A stretch of DNA of 64,000 bases. It comes from Callorhinchus milii (Eukaryota). The stretch is from contig NW_024704743.1 of NCBI RefSeq assembly GCF_018977255.1, positions 99,574,001 through 99,638,000 on the forward strand, written 5' to 3'. The position numbers and the translations under genes are program-made. The notes under the pieces are model-generated. The model made no database searches. It was not told the DNA's origin and saw nothing but the letters and a program-made list of their open reading frames with translations. Positions 49,258 through 62,680 of this stretch are shown piece by piece (positions within the stretch are counted from its first letter, which is position 1; the number at the start of each line of letters is the position of its first letter).

Positions 49258-52200
49258 GTTCTTTTAAGTTGATGTGGACATTTATGTAGCATTATTGCCC
49301 TGTGAAACTGTTTTGCAAATTAGTTTATAAGGAACACATAAAGAATTCAAGGAACTTACATTGTTATAACTGGCAGATCTTTTAATTCCTGCGTTTATCT
49401 AATCTAATCGAATATATCTGGTCTGCCTGTCCTATCTGTCTGTCTAGTCATTCAGTCTGGTCATCCATCCATCCAGTAGTTTTTGATTCACAAAATAATA
49501 GGTGTTAAAACCATTGGAAGAGAAACTATTGTTTGAGGTAATAAAAGAAGAGTCTAAGATACAAGTTGATAGGCTAACCATGTCAGAGAGGTGTGCTTCA
49601 TTATGCAATAATCCAAAGAAACTGCTACAAAATTACCTGTAATTGTTTTATTAGTAACTAATTGCATCATTTATCCTGTATGTGTTTGAAAATGTTTAAC
49701 ACCCACATTTTAGGCCTCACTATAATAGTTTACTGAACATCATCTCCACTCTTCTCCCATTCAAATTCTAGTGCATAGGATACGTCTAGTACTTCTAACA
49801 TTACAGTAAGGCTGACAACTACCATTGAGATATATGGGAATAAATCCTAGTCGGGCATTCTGAGTACTGTCTTTGGCGATGACAGCTGCTAATATAATCC
49901 CATTATAATCATGTATGGCCAAAGTTGCTCCAGGTAACAATAACCAGGATTTCAGCCCATTTGTACACAAAGATTTGATTCAAATTGTCTTGTTTCATTC
50001 TATGCTGGGTTGGTCTACAGTTGACAGCAATGTATTTTTCCAGTCCTGTGCAGTCCTCTATTCCTTTTTAATTGTTCATTTTATTTATGTTCTGAAGACT
50101 GAGACTTTGATTTTTTTAAAATTGTGTATAACTAATCTATTTTCTCCAAAATTAATTGCATTTTATTTGTATTTGTTACCCTTTTCACAAGCTCACTTTC
50201 CTGGTATGTAGAACTTTGTTGGATCCTTATATTGTGATACAGTATATTACTGCCTGGAGTTTATATATGTAAGCACACAGTAACATGGGTAGCTGAACAT
50301 TTAAATGAATGTCCATTAGCAACGATGGAAAAGGAAACTAATTTGGTTGTGATTAGGTACTTTCCATTGCAAGTGTTTGCCATTGTGAAGTCAATGAGGC
50401 TGGGGATTCACTTCAGGAGCATTTGATTATAAACCTCTGCACATTGATTCAATCATCCATAACAATTTGAAAAGTTGCACAACTTTGGACCTATCTATCT
50501 TCAAATGAACAATGATTTACTGGAGAAAGTTCAGAGAACATGTATGATGCCAGGAATTAGGACCCTGAGTTACAAAGGCAGACTCACAGATCTTGATATA
50601 TTTTATTCTATTCTATTTATTTATTATTATTTATAATATATTTATAATATATATTATATATTTATTCAAGGAACAAGATTGCTGGGAATGTAGATTGAGG
50701 GAAGTCTTTCAAATATGATGTAACGTAGGTCTTTGAAGTATTGTGAGACTGGATGATGTGGATGTTGGCAGCTTGTTACAGAATGAAAGGATTTGAGTAG
50801 AAATTTAACAACATTGAAAAGAAAGACTTGCAATTAGCCGATATTGTCAGTGTTTTTATTTACTGGGGACTTAAATGTAGAAATTTCAAATGAGATGTGT
50901 TAATTAAGAAATTTCTTAATTAAGAAATCTGGGAGAATCTCACACCAACTCACAGTAACTCCTTTCCATGTGGTTTGCTTTTGGAGAGATTTCCCACTGG
51001 CTAGTGTGACATATCTGATGTCTTTTCAGATTCCAATTGGATTTCCTTTTTGCATTCCTGAATTGAGGAAACCCATTTGAAATCCTTGTGTCCTCCAGTT
51101 GATACACAGAAGTAACCCTGTTACTATTTGCTTCTCTCAGGTCACTCGGTGGCTTGATACAGACAATCTCTATATAACTTAATTTTAGCATTCAAACCCA
51201 GTTTTAGACATCAGAACCTAATGTCATTGAAACAATAGAATGACTATATTGAGAGTGGAGGGGATTACAAAGTACATCCATCTTTAACCCCACCCGCCAT
51301 CCCACATTCCTACAGTTGATCAGCTTCCAAGAGACTTTATTATAAATACATAAATATATAAAATAGATTAGAATTGAGTCAAATGTAAATATTAGCCTAT
51401 CACATGGCACTGCTCCAGGAATTTTCTAGGAGATGTGCCTTACATGTAGGAAAATATTGTAAACACTCACAGAAACAGAGTAGGGACCCGAGCAAGGTGG
51501 AATATAGGGGGAAGAGGAAGATGAAGTCAGAGATAGATTTTTGGAAGGATTTTGAATGGAAAGAGAGAAATGTGAGACTGAGATTTAAGGAGGGAATCCA
51601 GAGAGTGGGGAAAAATGGCTGAAAGCTGTCCCCCTCCAAGGGTGAGGTTTACGAAATGAACCTAGGTTATCCCAGTGGAGGGAATAGGTGTGAGAGTTCA
51701 ATTGCAGGAGATAACAGATGTGGAGACAAAGACAAGTGAGCATTTGAAAATTAGCTCCAAAATGGCATAAATCTGCAATAAACTGGCAGCAATCACGATC
51801 CTTTGAGAGCACATAGTCTAAGATGACACTCCATTGCAATGGTGGGAATGTGCTGTATTGTGGGAGCTGCTGTCCTTTGGATGAGTCATTAATCTGAGGT
51901 CACGTCTGTCTATCCAGATTGACATTATAAATCCCATAGCACTCTTTGAAAAGAGAAGGATTATTATTTTTATTACGTTAATCATTCCCTTATAGAATAC
52001 AAATGACTGACTGCGGAAGGAGAATAATATTTGAAACAATTCACAGTATTTGTTTTACTTGTGGATCCTGTGGTCATTAACTTTCAGTAACAATGAACAT
52101 TGATAATTGTCTAATTTTTAAAAAATTGATTAATGCTTTATGCTGTGTTCAACACCAGTGGTGTGACTCATCGGGATAAAACGATAGACTTTTTCAAATG

Positions 52201-52897
52201 GTTAGTGGCCTTTAAACCCACAGGGAATTATAATCTGGGTTTAACTGACCTTTACGATCTAACAATGAAAGGCAATCTATCGTAACTAACGATGGATTTG
52301 AATTCAGGCATACTGAACTGATAACAAAATATCACCAGAGACAAATAACATTTTAAAGAAAGTAAATTGACACATTGCAATAATCGGTATAAATTTTAAG
52401 GACATTGTATTTAATGTTTATTTTTAATTACATCAGGACGTCATATTGTTTTAAACATTTTCTGAACTGTTATTTACATGTTACATTATAATTTGTCCTG
52501 TTTATCTTTGAAACAAATTATGTCAACTTGATTTTCCTGCCCATCATTTTACATATTTTATACGATCATGGGAATTTGCAGCAGAGAAAAAGCTATTCAG
52601 CCCAATGGGTCTGCACAGGGTCTGAGACCAAGGTGTCTGTTCAATTCCAATGCCCGCCCTATGCCAATAACCCAAACATTATTTATTAAAATATTGATAA
52701 AAATTCACAGTGGTATTACTGTCAAGTTAATCATTACATTACAATATAAAATATATTGGAACTGTCTCAAAATAAAATATCAGGGGGTGGGGTGGGGTAG
52801 GAAGATAAATGAATATTTTTGTTTCCATTACTGTCGTAATACAGATTTGAAAATGAGCTGTTTAATTAAAAATTCTCGTACTCCTATTTAACTGTCT

Positions 52898-53290
52898 CTA
52901 TGGCCTCGTCCCCCTCCCCAGCTCCCCCTTACCCAAGCTGCAGACCATCCAGAAATCCGCAGCCCTTGACCTCTACTGCACCCAGCTCCACGAACCCATC
53001 ACCCGCTTCCTCGCTCAGCTCCACTGGCTCCCCATCCCTCAGTGCAGTGAATTCAAGATCCTCATTTTCACTTTCAAATTCTTCCACTGCCTCATCCCAC
53101 CCTAACTCTACCACCTTGTGTGACCCTACGGCCCCAGTCACTCTCTGGTCAGCAAACACTGGCCCGCTTCACCATTGGCAGGTGAGCTTATAGCCATTCT
53201 TCTGTAATTACATCTTAGAATACCTCCACCTTGCCCCCTCTCTTCTTGTTTTTGAAATCAGTTTTATCTCCTGTCTCTTCGACCATGTTT
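52898..53290 (+). mobile_element. L2 LINE fragment, old
   Basis: ctccactggctcccc...gaattcaagatcctc region. Confidence 0.7.
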
Positions 53291-53504
53291 ACTCCACACA
53301 CCTCTGTTTAACCAGCCGTAAGGAGGAATCTAGTTGTTAGCCGATTGGCGGATCGCTTTTCCAGAGGTAACAATTCCTTAAAAAAAATAATAATTTGGTC
53401 ACTCAATCCACGATTGTTTGTGGGACATTGCTGTGCGCAATTGGCTGCTGTGTTTCGCAGGAACCATCTCCTCCACTCTCCAGTTTCCCATTCAGTAGTG
53501 ATAA

Positions 53505-53834
53505 GTGGAGTCCTGTAGCTCAGTGGTTAGAGCACTTGCTTTGCAAGCAAGACACCTGGGTTCAATTCCAGGCAGGGCGAAACCTTGGGCAAGTTTCCTT
53601 ACTCCACACGCCTAATAATAATCCCCAAAAAACCCAAAACAATAATAAATTGGTCATTTTCAATCTACGACTGTTTGTGGGACATTGCTGTGCGCAATTG
53701 GCTGCCGCGTTCGCCCAAATATACAGTCAATTCACTTTACAGTATATTCTGTGAAGCGCTTTGGGACGTCCTCCCGACGTGAAAAGCGCTATATCAAATG
53801 CAAGGATTATTATTATTATTATTATTATTATTAT
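53505..53834 (+). mobile_element. tRNA-Ala-like SINE, full-length short form (long-form fragment at 53290-53458)
   Basis: intact head, perfect 3' stem-loop, long (ATT)n. Confidence 0.95.
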
Positions 53835-54719
53835 AAACTCTTTGAGATGTCCTCCCAACACAAAAGGTGGTATATAAGTGTAAATTGTTGTTGTCGTTGT
53901 GTCACAACAGATTTGACAATGAGAAAGTGGAGAAGTTGGTGGAGCGGTTCATACCAGGGAGTTTTGGGGGGGTTCATACCTCACACATTTTATATGAATG
54001 GACCGAAAACATGTTTCATAAAAGATGTTCAATAATTCATTGGATAATTTTTTAGCCTGTTTCGATACGCCTCATTATTCATTTCATAATAACCTAATAA
54101 TCCTTGCACTTCATATAGTGCTTTATCATGTTGGCGAAACAACTCAAAGAACTTCGTAGGATTTTACCGTAAAGTGTGGACACTGGATTTATAGACAAAC
54201 AAGTTTAGTTAGAGTCGACTATTGTCCATCCCATTTTCCCAAAAAGATTCCTTCAACACAACATCTACACACCTTGAATCCCCTTAATTTCCAGGAACTT
54301 GTCCAGCTCCCTTTTCAACCCTTTGTAGTTCTTTGCTCCAACGCTTTGGCTGATAATTTGTTCCACTTACCCATCACCATTTTAATAAACATTTCCCTTG
54401 CATTTTGTATTCTATTTGTGGTTTAAAATCGGTTCTCTTGATTTACATATTATCTCCTTAGCTATATATTTTAACATTTTGCATTTTGTTTGCTTATTTT
54501 ACTATCTGGGAGAAGAAATGTACTGGAAGGTTAAATCAACCTTGGTTCTGTCAGTCAAATAACTCAATAGCAGGGATCTAGAAATGTTATCTGTTCTAAG
54601 CTACAATGAAGAGGAGATTCAATCAATACCTATGAGTACCAACATCTTGGAAGAAATTGGGAGCTGAGCAGGAAGAGCAGGAATAAAGAAACACTAGAAT
54701 CAGTAAAGTGTCATCTATT

Positions 54720-55068
54720 CAACAACAACAAGATTGCATTTATAGAGCGCCTTTCACGTCGGGAGGACGTCCCAAGGCGCTGGACAGTTGGGTCAGGACC
54801 CGAGCAGGGGGGAGATGATCAGGGTGAGGGGAGGGAAGGGAGGGAGCGAGGAGGGAAGGGAGGGAGCGAGGAAGGGGTAGAGAGTCGAGAGGGGAGCTGA
54901 AGGCACGGTTGAAGAGAAAGGTCTTGAGACCGGCCTTGAAGGAGGAGAGGGAGGAGGCAAGGCGAAGGCACTGGGGGATGGAGTTCCAGAGCCTAGGAGC
55001 TGAGAGGCTGAAAGCCTGGCCATCGATGTAGGGCGGTTAGGGCGGGGGATGTGGAGCATACCGGAGCC
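54720..55068 (-). mobile_element. young L2 3' end
   Basis: perfect 3' stem-loop and (TTG)n tail. Confidence 0.95.
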
Positions 55069-55239
55069 AAAAGGGACAAAAGAGAGTGAAGGAAGCTAAA
55101 GGAATGGATCCATGTATAATTAAATCTGAGTTTGAATCACTGGCAAGAGGGCTATTGGTAGACACATAACACCACTACATACTTGGCGAATGAGCCTGTC
55201 TAGAATTACAGTGAAGTTCACAAAACATTAATAAATAAG

Positions 55240-55900
55240 AAGAATTTGCTAGGCAAAAGAAGACTAAAGTCCATCTAGTTCATCTTCCACCATCATGGCA
55301 GTCGCTTGACATGTTGTGTTCCAAACTATATACTGTATTCTGAGATATTATTTTCTAGCAGAAATCTATCTAATTTGTTCTTGAAACAAATGCCATTTTC
55401 TGCTTCCTCTGTCTCCCCAAAATGTTCAAGTCCTCCTATAACCTATCTGGTTCATCTTTGCAGTCTACTACCTTCATTAGCTTTGTGTCATCTGCAAATT
55501 CAGCCAATGTGCTTGTGACTCCTAGCTGCAGATCGCTTATGAAGATGTTAAATAAAACAGGTCCCAAAACAGGCTCCTGTGGAACTCCACTGGTAACATT
55601 CTCCCAGCCTGATGACAGTTCCTTCTGGGTTCTATCGGTCAGCCATTGCAAGATACTTCCTCTGATTTTTGCTTTCTTTATTTTCAGTATCAGCCTCTCA
55701 TGAGGAACTGTATTCAAAGGCCTTACTGAAATCCAGGTATGCAACATCCACAGCCTTGCCCTTACCAAGCTCCTTTGTCACATAGTCAAAGAAAACCAGT
55801 AATTTAGTTTGGCAGGATCTCCCCTTCATAAACCCTATTGGCTATCTTTTATCATTTTATTACTGTCCAGATACTTCATAACCTTATTTTTAATAAGATC
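55240..55900 (-). mobile_element. CR1 LINE RT fragment
   Basis: ORF 55436-55768 VPHERL...[23 protein letters not shown]...FADDTKL. Confidence 0.9.
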
Positions 55901-55924
55901 TTTAAATAATAAACTTTAAATAAT

Positions 55925-56170
55925 AAACGTTTCATTTAGTATAGCATCATTCACATCTGGAGGACGTCTTAAAGCGGTTCACAGGATATACTGTAAATCT
56001 AGTGTCTGTTTCAATTCTCCATTCTCTTTTCGAATAGTGCCATGGGGTCTTTAGCGTCCACCTGGATAGGCAGATGGAACATTGGTTAATGATTCAACTA
56101 AAGGACGACACCTCCAACAATGCAACACTCCCTAGTACTTCATTGGAGTGTCAGCTAGAGCTAAGTCCCC
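55925..56170 (-). mobile_element. Deu-domain SINE fragment
   Basis: cgaatagtgccatggggtctttagcgtccacctg core. Confidence 0.75.
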
Positions 56171-57049
56171 AAGCACATGGTGAACTGTGGAGTACAGTTG
56201 AGGTGAGAGTACCAAATCAACAGTGCTCCAGTGCTCTGTGCAGTATTAGTTGACCAATGAAAATGAGCACCAGCAGTGGCTTTATTGATCCCACATAGTA
56301 AATCTCAGTGCTCTCTCTCAAGTCACTAGTAGTTCAAAGTCAGCACACGCCTGAGTCAGTAACTGCTGTTCCCTACGGCCACAATGTAATACCATCTACT
56401 ATTAACAGTGAGGTTGGGGCCTCAGGAAATTTAACATCCACAGCCAGGCCCTTCTGCATCAACATCTGCCCATCAGGCAGTTAGTTACAAAATTCTACCC
56501 TAGATGCTCCAACCCTCATCCTGAACGGGTAGGAAGCTCAGCCTATTAAAGAGTGGATTGTGGGGAATATGGGCATATCACCATTATTTTTTAACTGTCA
56601 GCTCTGTGGAGAACTCCCATCACTGCCTGTAAAGACTGGTAAAGGGAACCATGAAAAACATTTTGTGATGAAATTCAGAAGTTTGGCTCATTTGGTAGCA
56701 ATCTTCATTCTAGGTTAGAAGATTAAGAGTTCACGCCCCAAAATAGGATGACATTGTTCAAAGAGCAGTGTGTCTCTATGGTATCTTGGTAGCAATCTTC
56801 CAGGTAAATTAGTTATTCACCCTATGGCTGTTAGTAGGCCCTACCTGGCAAAAGTGGCTGCTGGGTTTGTGCACGGAGGCATTCTCCATACTCGCAAATG
56901 GAATAGGTACCTGTGTTGTAGAAATGCAATTTCATCTTAATGGATTGGTAAGGTCAGGTCTCCTAGAGGGCAGGCACTGCTGGCTTGCTTGCCATAAAGT
57001 GGAGTATTGTTCTGTGAATCCCGTGTTTTAATGGAGGTTGTCATTTGAT

Positions 57050-57275
57050 CTTTGACCGAGCCTTCAGCTCCCCTCTCGACTCTCTTCCCCCTTCTCGCTC
57101 CCTCCCATCCCTCCCCTCACCCTGATCATTTCCCCCCTCCTCGCTCCCTCCCCTCCCCTCACCCTGACCATTTCCCCCCTGCTCGGGTCATGACCCAACT
57201 GTGCAGCGCCTTGGGACGTCCTCCTGACGTGAAAGGCGCTTTATAAATGGAATCTTGTTGTTGTTGTTGTTGTTG
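57050..57275 (+). mobile_element. young L2 3' UTR with ~42-bp tandem duplication
   Basis: tcgctccctccc...ccctga(t/c)catttccccc twice; stem-loop; (TTG)n. Confidence 0.9.
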
Positions 57276-58282
57276 ATCATTTTACTGTTATTAACAATGA
57301 ACTTTACTTACTGAAATCGGGCCACATTCCTCATGGGTGGCAGAATAATTCACTTCCACTCTATCTAGATAGATGCCGCAGGAGTGTTCTGTAAATTACT
57401 CAAACCTTAATTGAGGGAAACACAAAGAAAGCATGCTATTTCAAGCATGGATTTACTGTTCTCATACAGAATCCACGAGGAAAAGAGACACTTCCAACAT
57501 CAAGGAAAAGTGTGCACGTTTATCACAAGTACAGTCCTGACATTCACATTCCTGTCATACGAAGAATTGTCTTAGTAGAATAATCTGATGGAGGTATGCA
57601 ATATAGAGTGGGTGAGTAATCGCCTCCCATTTACTTACCAGCTCTATATTGCGAACCTCCATCACATCAGTCCTCATCAGGCTCCATTGCCTCCCTTTCA
57701 CAGAATGGATCGACTTCAAGTCCTCACACTTGTGTACAAATCCCTTCATTCCCTGGTACCTCCCTACCTCTCTGACCTGGGTACTTTCTACTCCACCACC
57801 ACCTGCCTCTGGCTCCTGCTTGTCGCTCAAGAGGATAGTAGGTGGGTATTTTGGAAGGTTGAGATCAAATAGGCAGAAGGGCCTTCTTCATCTAAATCTC
57901 TTTGTGGGTTTCTCTCACCTCTGAGTCAGAAAGTGGTGGTTTCAACTCATATAGTCTAGGATAACGCTCCAATGCCATGCTGGGAGTGTGGTGCATTGCT
58001 GGAGATTCCATCCTTCAGATGAGATGTTAAACTGAGATCCCTCCATTGGATTACATGCACTACAGGAATCAGTGGTCATTCTTCACTTGCGGAAAGAAAG
58101 GCAGTGGTAACTTATTTATGGAACAGCTGAACATGGTGCACTGTGCCCCTTCACTCTTGCATATTAGTAGATATATCTGCAAAGCATAGACACTGATCTC
58201 TGCACCCATTAACAAACACCATTCTACATCAGCCATCAATATTATGGTGGGTAGAAGCAAGCATTAGTGGGACTAATTCAGG

Positions 58283-58700
58283 TGTCAGCCTAGCTCAGCT
58301 GGTAGCACTCTCACTTCTCAGTCAGAAGGTTATGGGTTCAAGTCTTACTTTGAATTTACAATCTAGGCTGACGCTCCAGTGGAGTTCCACGATGTGCTGC
58401 ATTGTTAGAACTGTCGTCCTTTGGATGAGATGTTAAAGCAAGGAACTTTCTATCTGTTCAGGTGGATGTTATAGATTCTAAGGCACAATTTGAAAAGAGA
58501 AGGGAGTTTCTCACAGTGTCCTGATCAGCAGATCTCCAGGTAAAATTCACTTCATGGGTGTTTGTGGGACATTACTGTGTGCAGATTACCTATTGTGTCT
58601 GCCTGCAAAATAATAAGTTGCCTGATTTTACAGTAATATTCTGTGATGTGCTTTGAAACTTGAAAGGTACTACATCAGGTACTATTTGAGGATAATTATT
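58283..58700 (+). mobile_element. Deu-domain SINE, full length
   Basis: head gtcagcctagctcagctggtagcac...gggttcaagtc, Deu core, tail. Confidence 0.85.
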
Positions 58701-60079
58701 GTAAGGACACAACCTCAGGACTTTGGTCTGCTTTTATATTTGCATCTCTCACAACTTCTAACCTCTCTTTCCCCAACAGTGCAAAGATACTCCATTTCAC
58801 GGAGGTATCAACTGTTTATGGAGTACACTTCACTCCCTCCCTTCCTCCCTCCCCCTCCTCCTTAATAGCGTTGATAGAGTGCTTAGCCTGTAGAAAATAT
58901 TACACACATCATTGCAGCAACGAATAACATTACCATTTTATTTATAGACATATTAAGGCCATATGAAAATGGAATTATTGCATATAGCTGCTAGACTTTT
59001 AAGGCTTTTCATGAGTTCTACCACACAGAGCGATGAATTGGCCACAGACAAAGCAGAGTAGAGGGAAATGCATCAAAAGACAGATGATCTGTTTTACCCA
59101 CACTTTCTCCACAGCAGAGAATAATTTGACCTCACCACCCTAACCGCCAAGTGCACTTTGAGCAAGTACAATCTGAGTGTGAGTGATAGATTCCTCTTGC
59201 ATTCTATCAGGTATCTTGCTGCAACCATCTTACTAATGATGTCTGATTGTGTAATGCTTCAGGCAGCTCATACAGTAATTATGACAATCATTTTTGACAG
59301 TGTCCACCTTATGTACTTTGTAAATATCAGATTCAACCACTTACAGCAAGCACCATTCTCGATATACTAAATGTGGCACCAAAGAGACAACTGAATTAGT
59401 TGATTGTTAATTATTAATTGAGGTTTAAGCAGCAAAATTCAGTTCATGCATTTCTCTGTCTGATGCATTTCTTTGTAAAAGTCATAATTCCAGTTGTCTT
59501 TGCCTCACATTTACCAGTATTCTTATATATTATTTCAGATGAATCATTTATAAATGCACTCTTGCTTCAGACCCAGAATTTTGTGCACAAACCACCAGTG
59601 AAGTATGGTGGGTTCAGTGACACCGCAATGGTTGTCAGCTAGGATATTAGCAGGAGATCAAATTTAAGCAATGTGATAATTATGTTTTCCGACAAAATGC
59701 AGTCACTATACTTTACAGTAAATACTGTGCATCGCTTTGAGACAGCCTCACGATGTGAAAAGTGTTATATCAAATGCAAGGATTATTATTAATTATCACT
59801 AGTGACAGGTAGCATACTGAATGTCACGTTGTTCACTCTGCAGTAATAACAATAAAGCACAGTGACAAAGGATACAGATGACCGGCTTTCGGAAAAGTAT
59901 GGAGTGGAGAACATTGCAAGAGGTCATAGGATCATTGGGTAATGAGAATATCAACCTGCCAATGGTAGTGAGGGCAGGATTGGGCTTATTGTGATGCCCT
60001 TCACAGTGTAATAACCTGTGAGAACTCACAGTCCAAACTCACACCAACCAAATATCATTCTGACCCACTTAGGAGCCGT

Positions 60080-60480
60080 CCCACCTCTGAGTCAGTAAGT
60101 TATGGATTCAAGTTGCATGTTGGGACTTGGAGCTCAAAGAGACTAGGTTGATAAGCCAATGCAGTGTTGAGGGAATACTACTTTATTAGGGGTGCTGTCC
60201 TTTGGATACAACATTAATCTAAAGTCCTGTCTGCCAGTTCAGATGGATGCTAAGGATCCCATGCCACTATTCGAAAAGAGAAGGGAGTTTCTCCCAATGT
60301 CCTGGCCAAGAATCCTGCAGAAAAAATTGGTCATTCACTTCATGGCTGTTTTGGGGAAATTGTGTATAAATTGTCGATCAGGTTGCCAACAAATACACAG
60401 GCACTACACCTTACAGTAAATCCTGTGAAGCTCTTTGAGTCGTTTTGATGCTAAGTTAAGATCATATCACATGTAACAAT
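60080..60480 (+). mobile_element. Deu-domain SINE
   Basis: ggatcccatgccactattcgaaaagagaagggagtttctccc core. Confidence 0.8.
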
Positions 60481-60711
60481 ATTTTTTATTAATTTAAATT
60501 TACAGAACATTTCAGGCAAGTAATAAAGTAGTTTTGGAGCACTTCAGAGTTGAGAAAGCTATGGAACTCAACTGTTTAATGATGTCTGACTGTGCATTAC
60601 TTGAGGCAGGCATATGGTAAAGTGCACTAGGGCTGACAGTGCCTACAGAATCCTGCCCAGCATGAGTCAGCGCTTTTAGCAATGAAGAGAAACAGAAATA
60701 GAGAGCAAGTT

Positions 60712-60951
60712 CATGGGGTCTAATGTGTAGCAATTCATAGCACAAGTCACTAATAGCAACTTTTGAGTCAAAAATAGTGATTGTTGGTAGCCAGAAATGC
60801 ATCACACTGACATGTCGGAGCTCCAGCATCCAGAAATAAATCACTTTGGAGCAGAGTTCGTGGTGTGACGCACTTGGTTACCAATAGCAGTCACTATTTT
60901 TGAAGCAGAGTCACCATTAGCAATTCCTATTGCTAAGTGTTGGAACCCCCC
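60712..60951. mobile_element. old palindromic MITE-like element
   Basis: GGGGT...ACCCC ends; inverted arms tcaaaaatagtgattg / cagtcactatttttga. Confidence 0.55.
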
Positions 60952-61727
60952 TGTAATAAAGACTTAGTGACTTTATTGTATATGTCACTCATTCACCTTC
61001 TATGAGTTATAGTCATGGGGTTAAATAGCACTGCTTCATAATACATTCAATGTGGTAGATTGATGTGACCTTATTGAACGCCACTAATTTCACTCCTTTA
61101 TATAAGGCACTTATGTATTAGAACAAATTAGAGGTTTTTTTTAGTTTGATAAGAACTATCAAGCAGGATTGATATTTATTCAAAATTATGATCTGGACAC
61201 TATGCTTGTATGATATGTGCCTGTTAGATCAGTAATTAGTAAGTGCTTGATACACATTCAATACTGACTGGAGTATCTGTCACTGCACATTATTTCATTT
61301 GAAGTATTGGATGGTTAAGTACACTTTTGAAAATAAAAAGAATAATCCTTTCTGGGTGGACATGATGTATTGGGCTCATCTATTCCGCACACCTAAGTCC
61401 ACTTCATTTTGATTTTCCATTGATTTTGAATTATTCATCCTGTAGAGAGGGAACATGTTATTCTCTGCAGATAGTCAGTGACCTGTGTAATCTTGTGTTA
61501 GGTCAAGGAAACACATTATCCCATCTGTTTAGAGTATTCAGCTAAATTAGTCGTGTCCACTTTGTATCCTCGAGGGAATAAAAATGCATTTTCCCCTTCC
61601 CTGTGTGCAATGATTTGCTGATACTAAGTGGAGGAGGAGAGAACATGATGTTCCTTTGCTGTCTGCTTGAGTAGTTATGTGTACACTCTTGGCTACAACA
61701 CATCAACTACCTTCAGTTGATGTTCAG

Positions 61728-62044
61728 GGAGCGAGGAGGGGGTAGAGAATCGAGAGAGGAGCTGAAGGCACGGTCAAAGAGAAAGATCTTGACACCGGCC
61801 TTGAAGGAGGAAAGGGAGGAGGCGGCGAAGGCACTGGGGGGTGGAGTTCCAGAGCCTCGGGGCTGAGAGGCTGAAGGCCCGGCCACCGATGGTAGGGCGG
61901 TTAGGGTGGGGGATGTGGAGCAGACCGGAGCCAGAGGAACGGAGAGTTTGGGCAGGTAAGTAGGGGGATAGTAGGTCGGAGAGGTAGGAGGGAGCAAGGC
62001 CGTGAATGGCCTTGTAGGTGAGGATGAGGATCTTCAATTCGAAT
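61728..62044 (-). mobile_element. young L2 fragment lacking both ends
   Basis: KILILTYKAIHGLAPSYL...PRLWNS; no stem-loop or tail. Confidence 0.9.
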
Positions 62045-62487
62045 TAAAGATCCTATGACATTATTTTAAAAGAGTATCCTGTGGTGAACATTCCCCTAGA
62101 TCAAATTGGTGAATTTACTTTATGGACACTGCTGTGTGCTCTCCTACAAAATGCAGTCTCTTCACTTTACAGTAAATCCTGCTTTGATATGTACTCCGGA
62201 TATGAAAGACACAATATTAAATCAATGATTATTATTAATATTAATAATCCATTTCTAATTCTCATTTAGTACTTACTCCACAACATATTGTATTTGTCAA
62301 CAAAACGTGACTTTTCCTGGTTCATTTCCATCTCTGCTGTTAGTAGTCTAACACAACTTAATTTATTGTGGAAAATACTGTTGTGTGTTTGGCTGCTGAC
62401 AGAGTTAAATATAATCTTTTTAAGACCTGAAATTCCTTCTGATTTTAGCCTATAAGGGTAATTTAGGATCAAAACATTAATGATCGG

Positions 62488-62680
62488 AATATAGGAAGCG
62501 AAGTAGGCCATTTGACCCATCAAGATTGTCCCACTATTTTCCAAGATGGTGGACAATCGCAGCTCAATTCCACCTCCCTGCCCTCTCTCCATATTCCTTG
62601 ATACCTTGTTCCTATCAAGTATTTATCTATTTGCCTTCAACATGTTTCAGTTGTCTCTGCCTCCATTGCCCTCTGGGGAT
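62488..62680 (-). mobile_element. CR1 3' end fragment
   Basis: ataggaagcgaagtaggccatttgaccc, similar to 32168-32300. Confidence 0.65.

Noticed and set aside
54056..54085. hammerhead-like GAAAC motif on the minus strand
   Set aside because: No CTGAnGA core and no convincing stems
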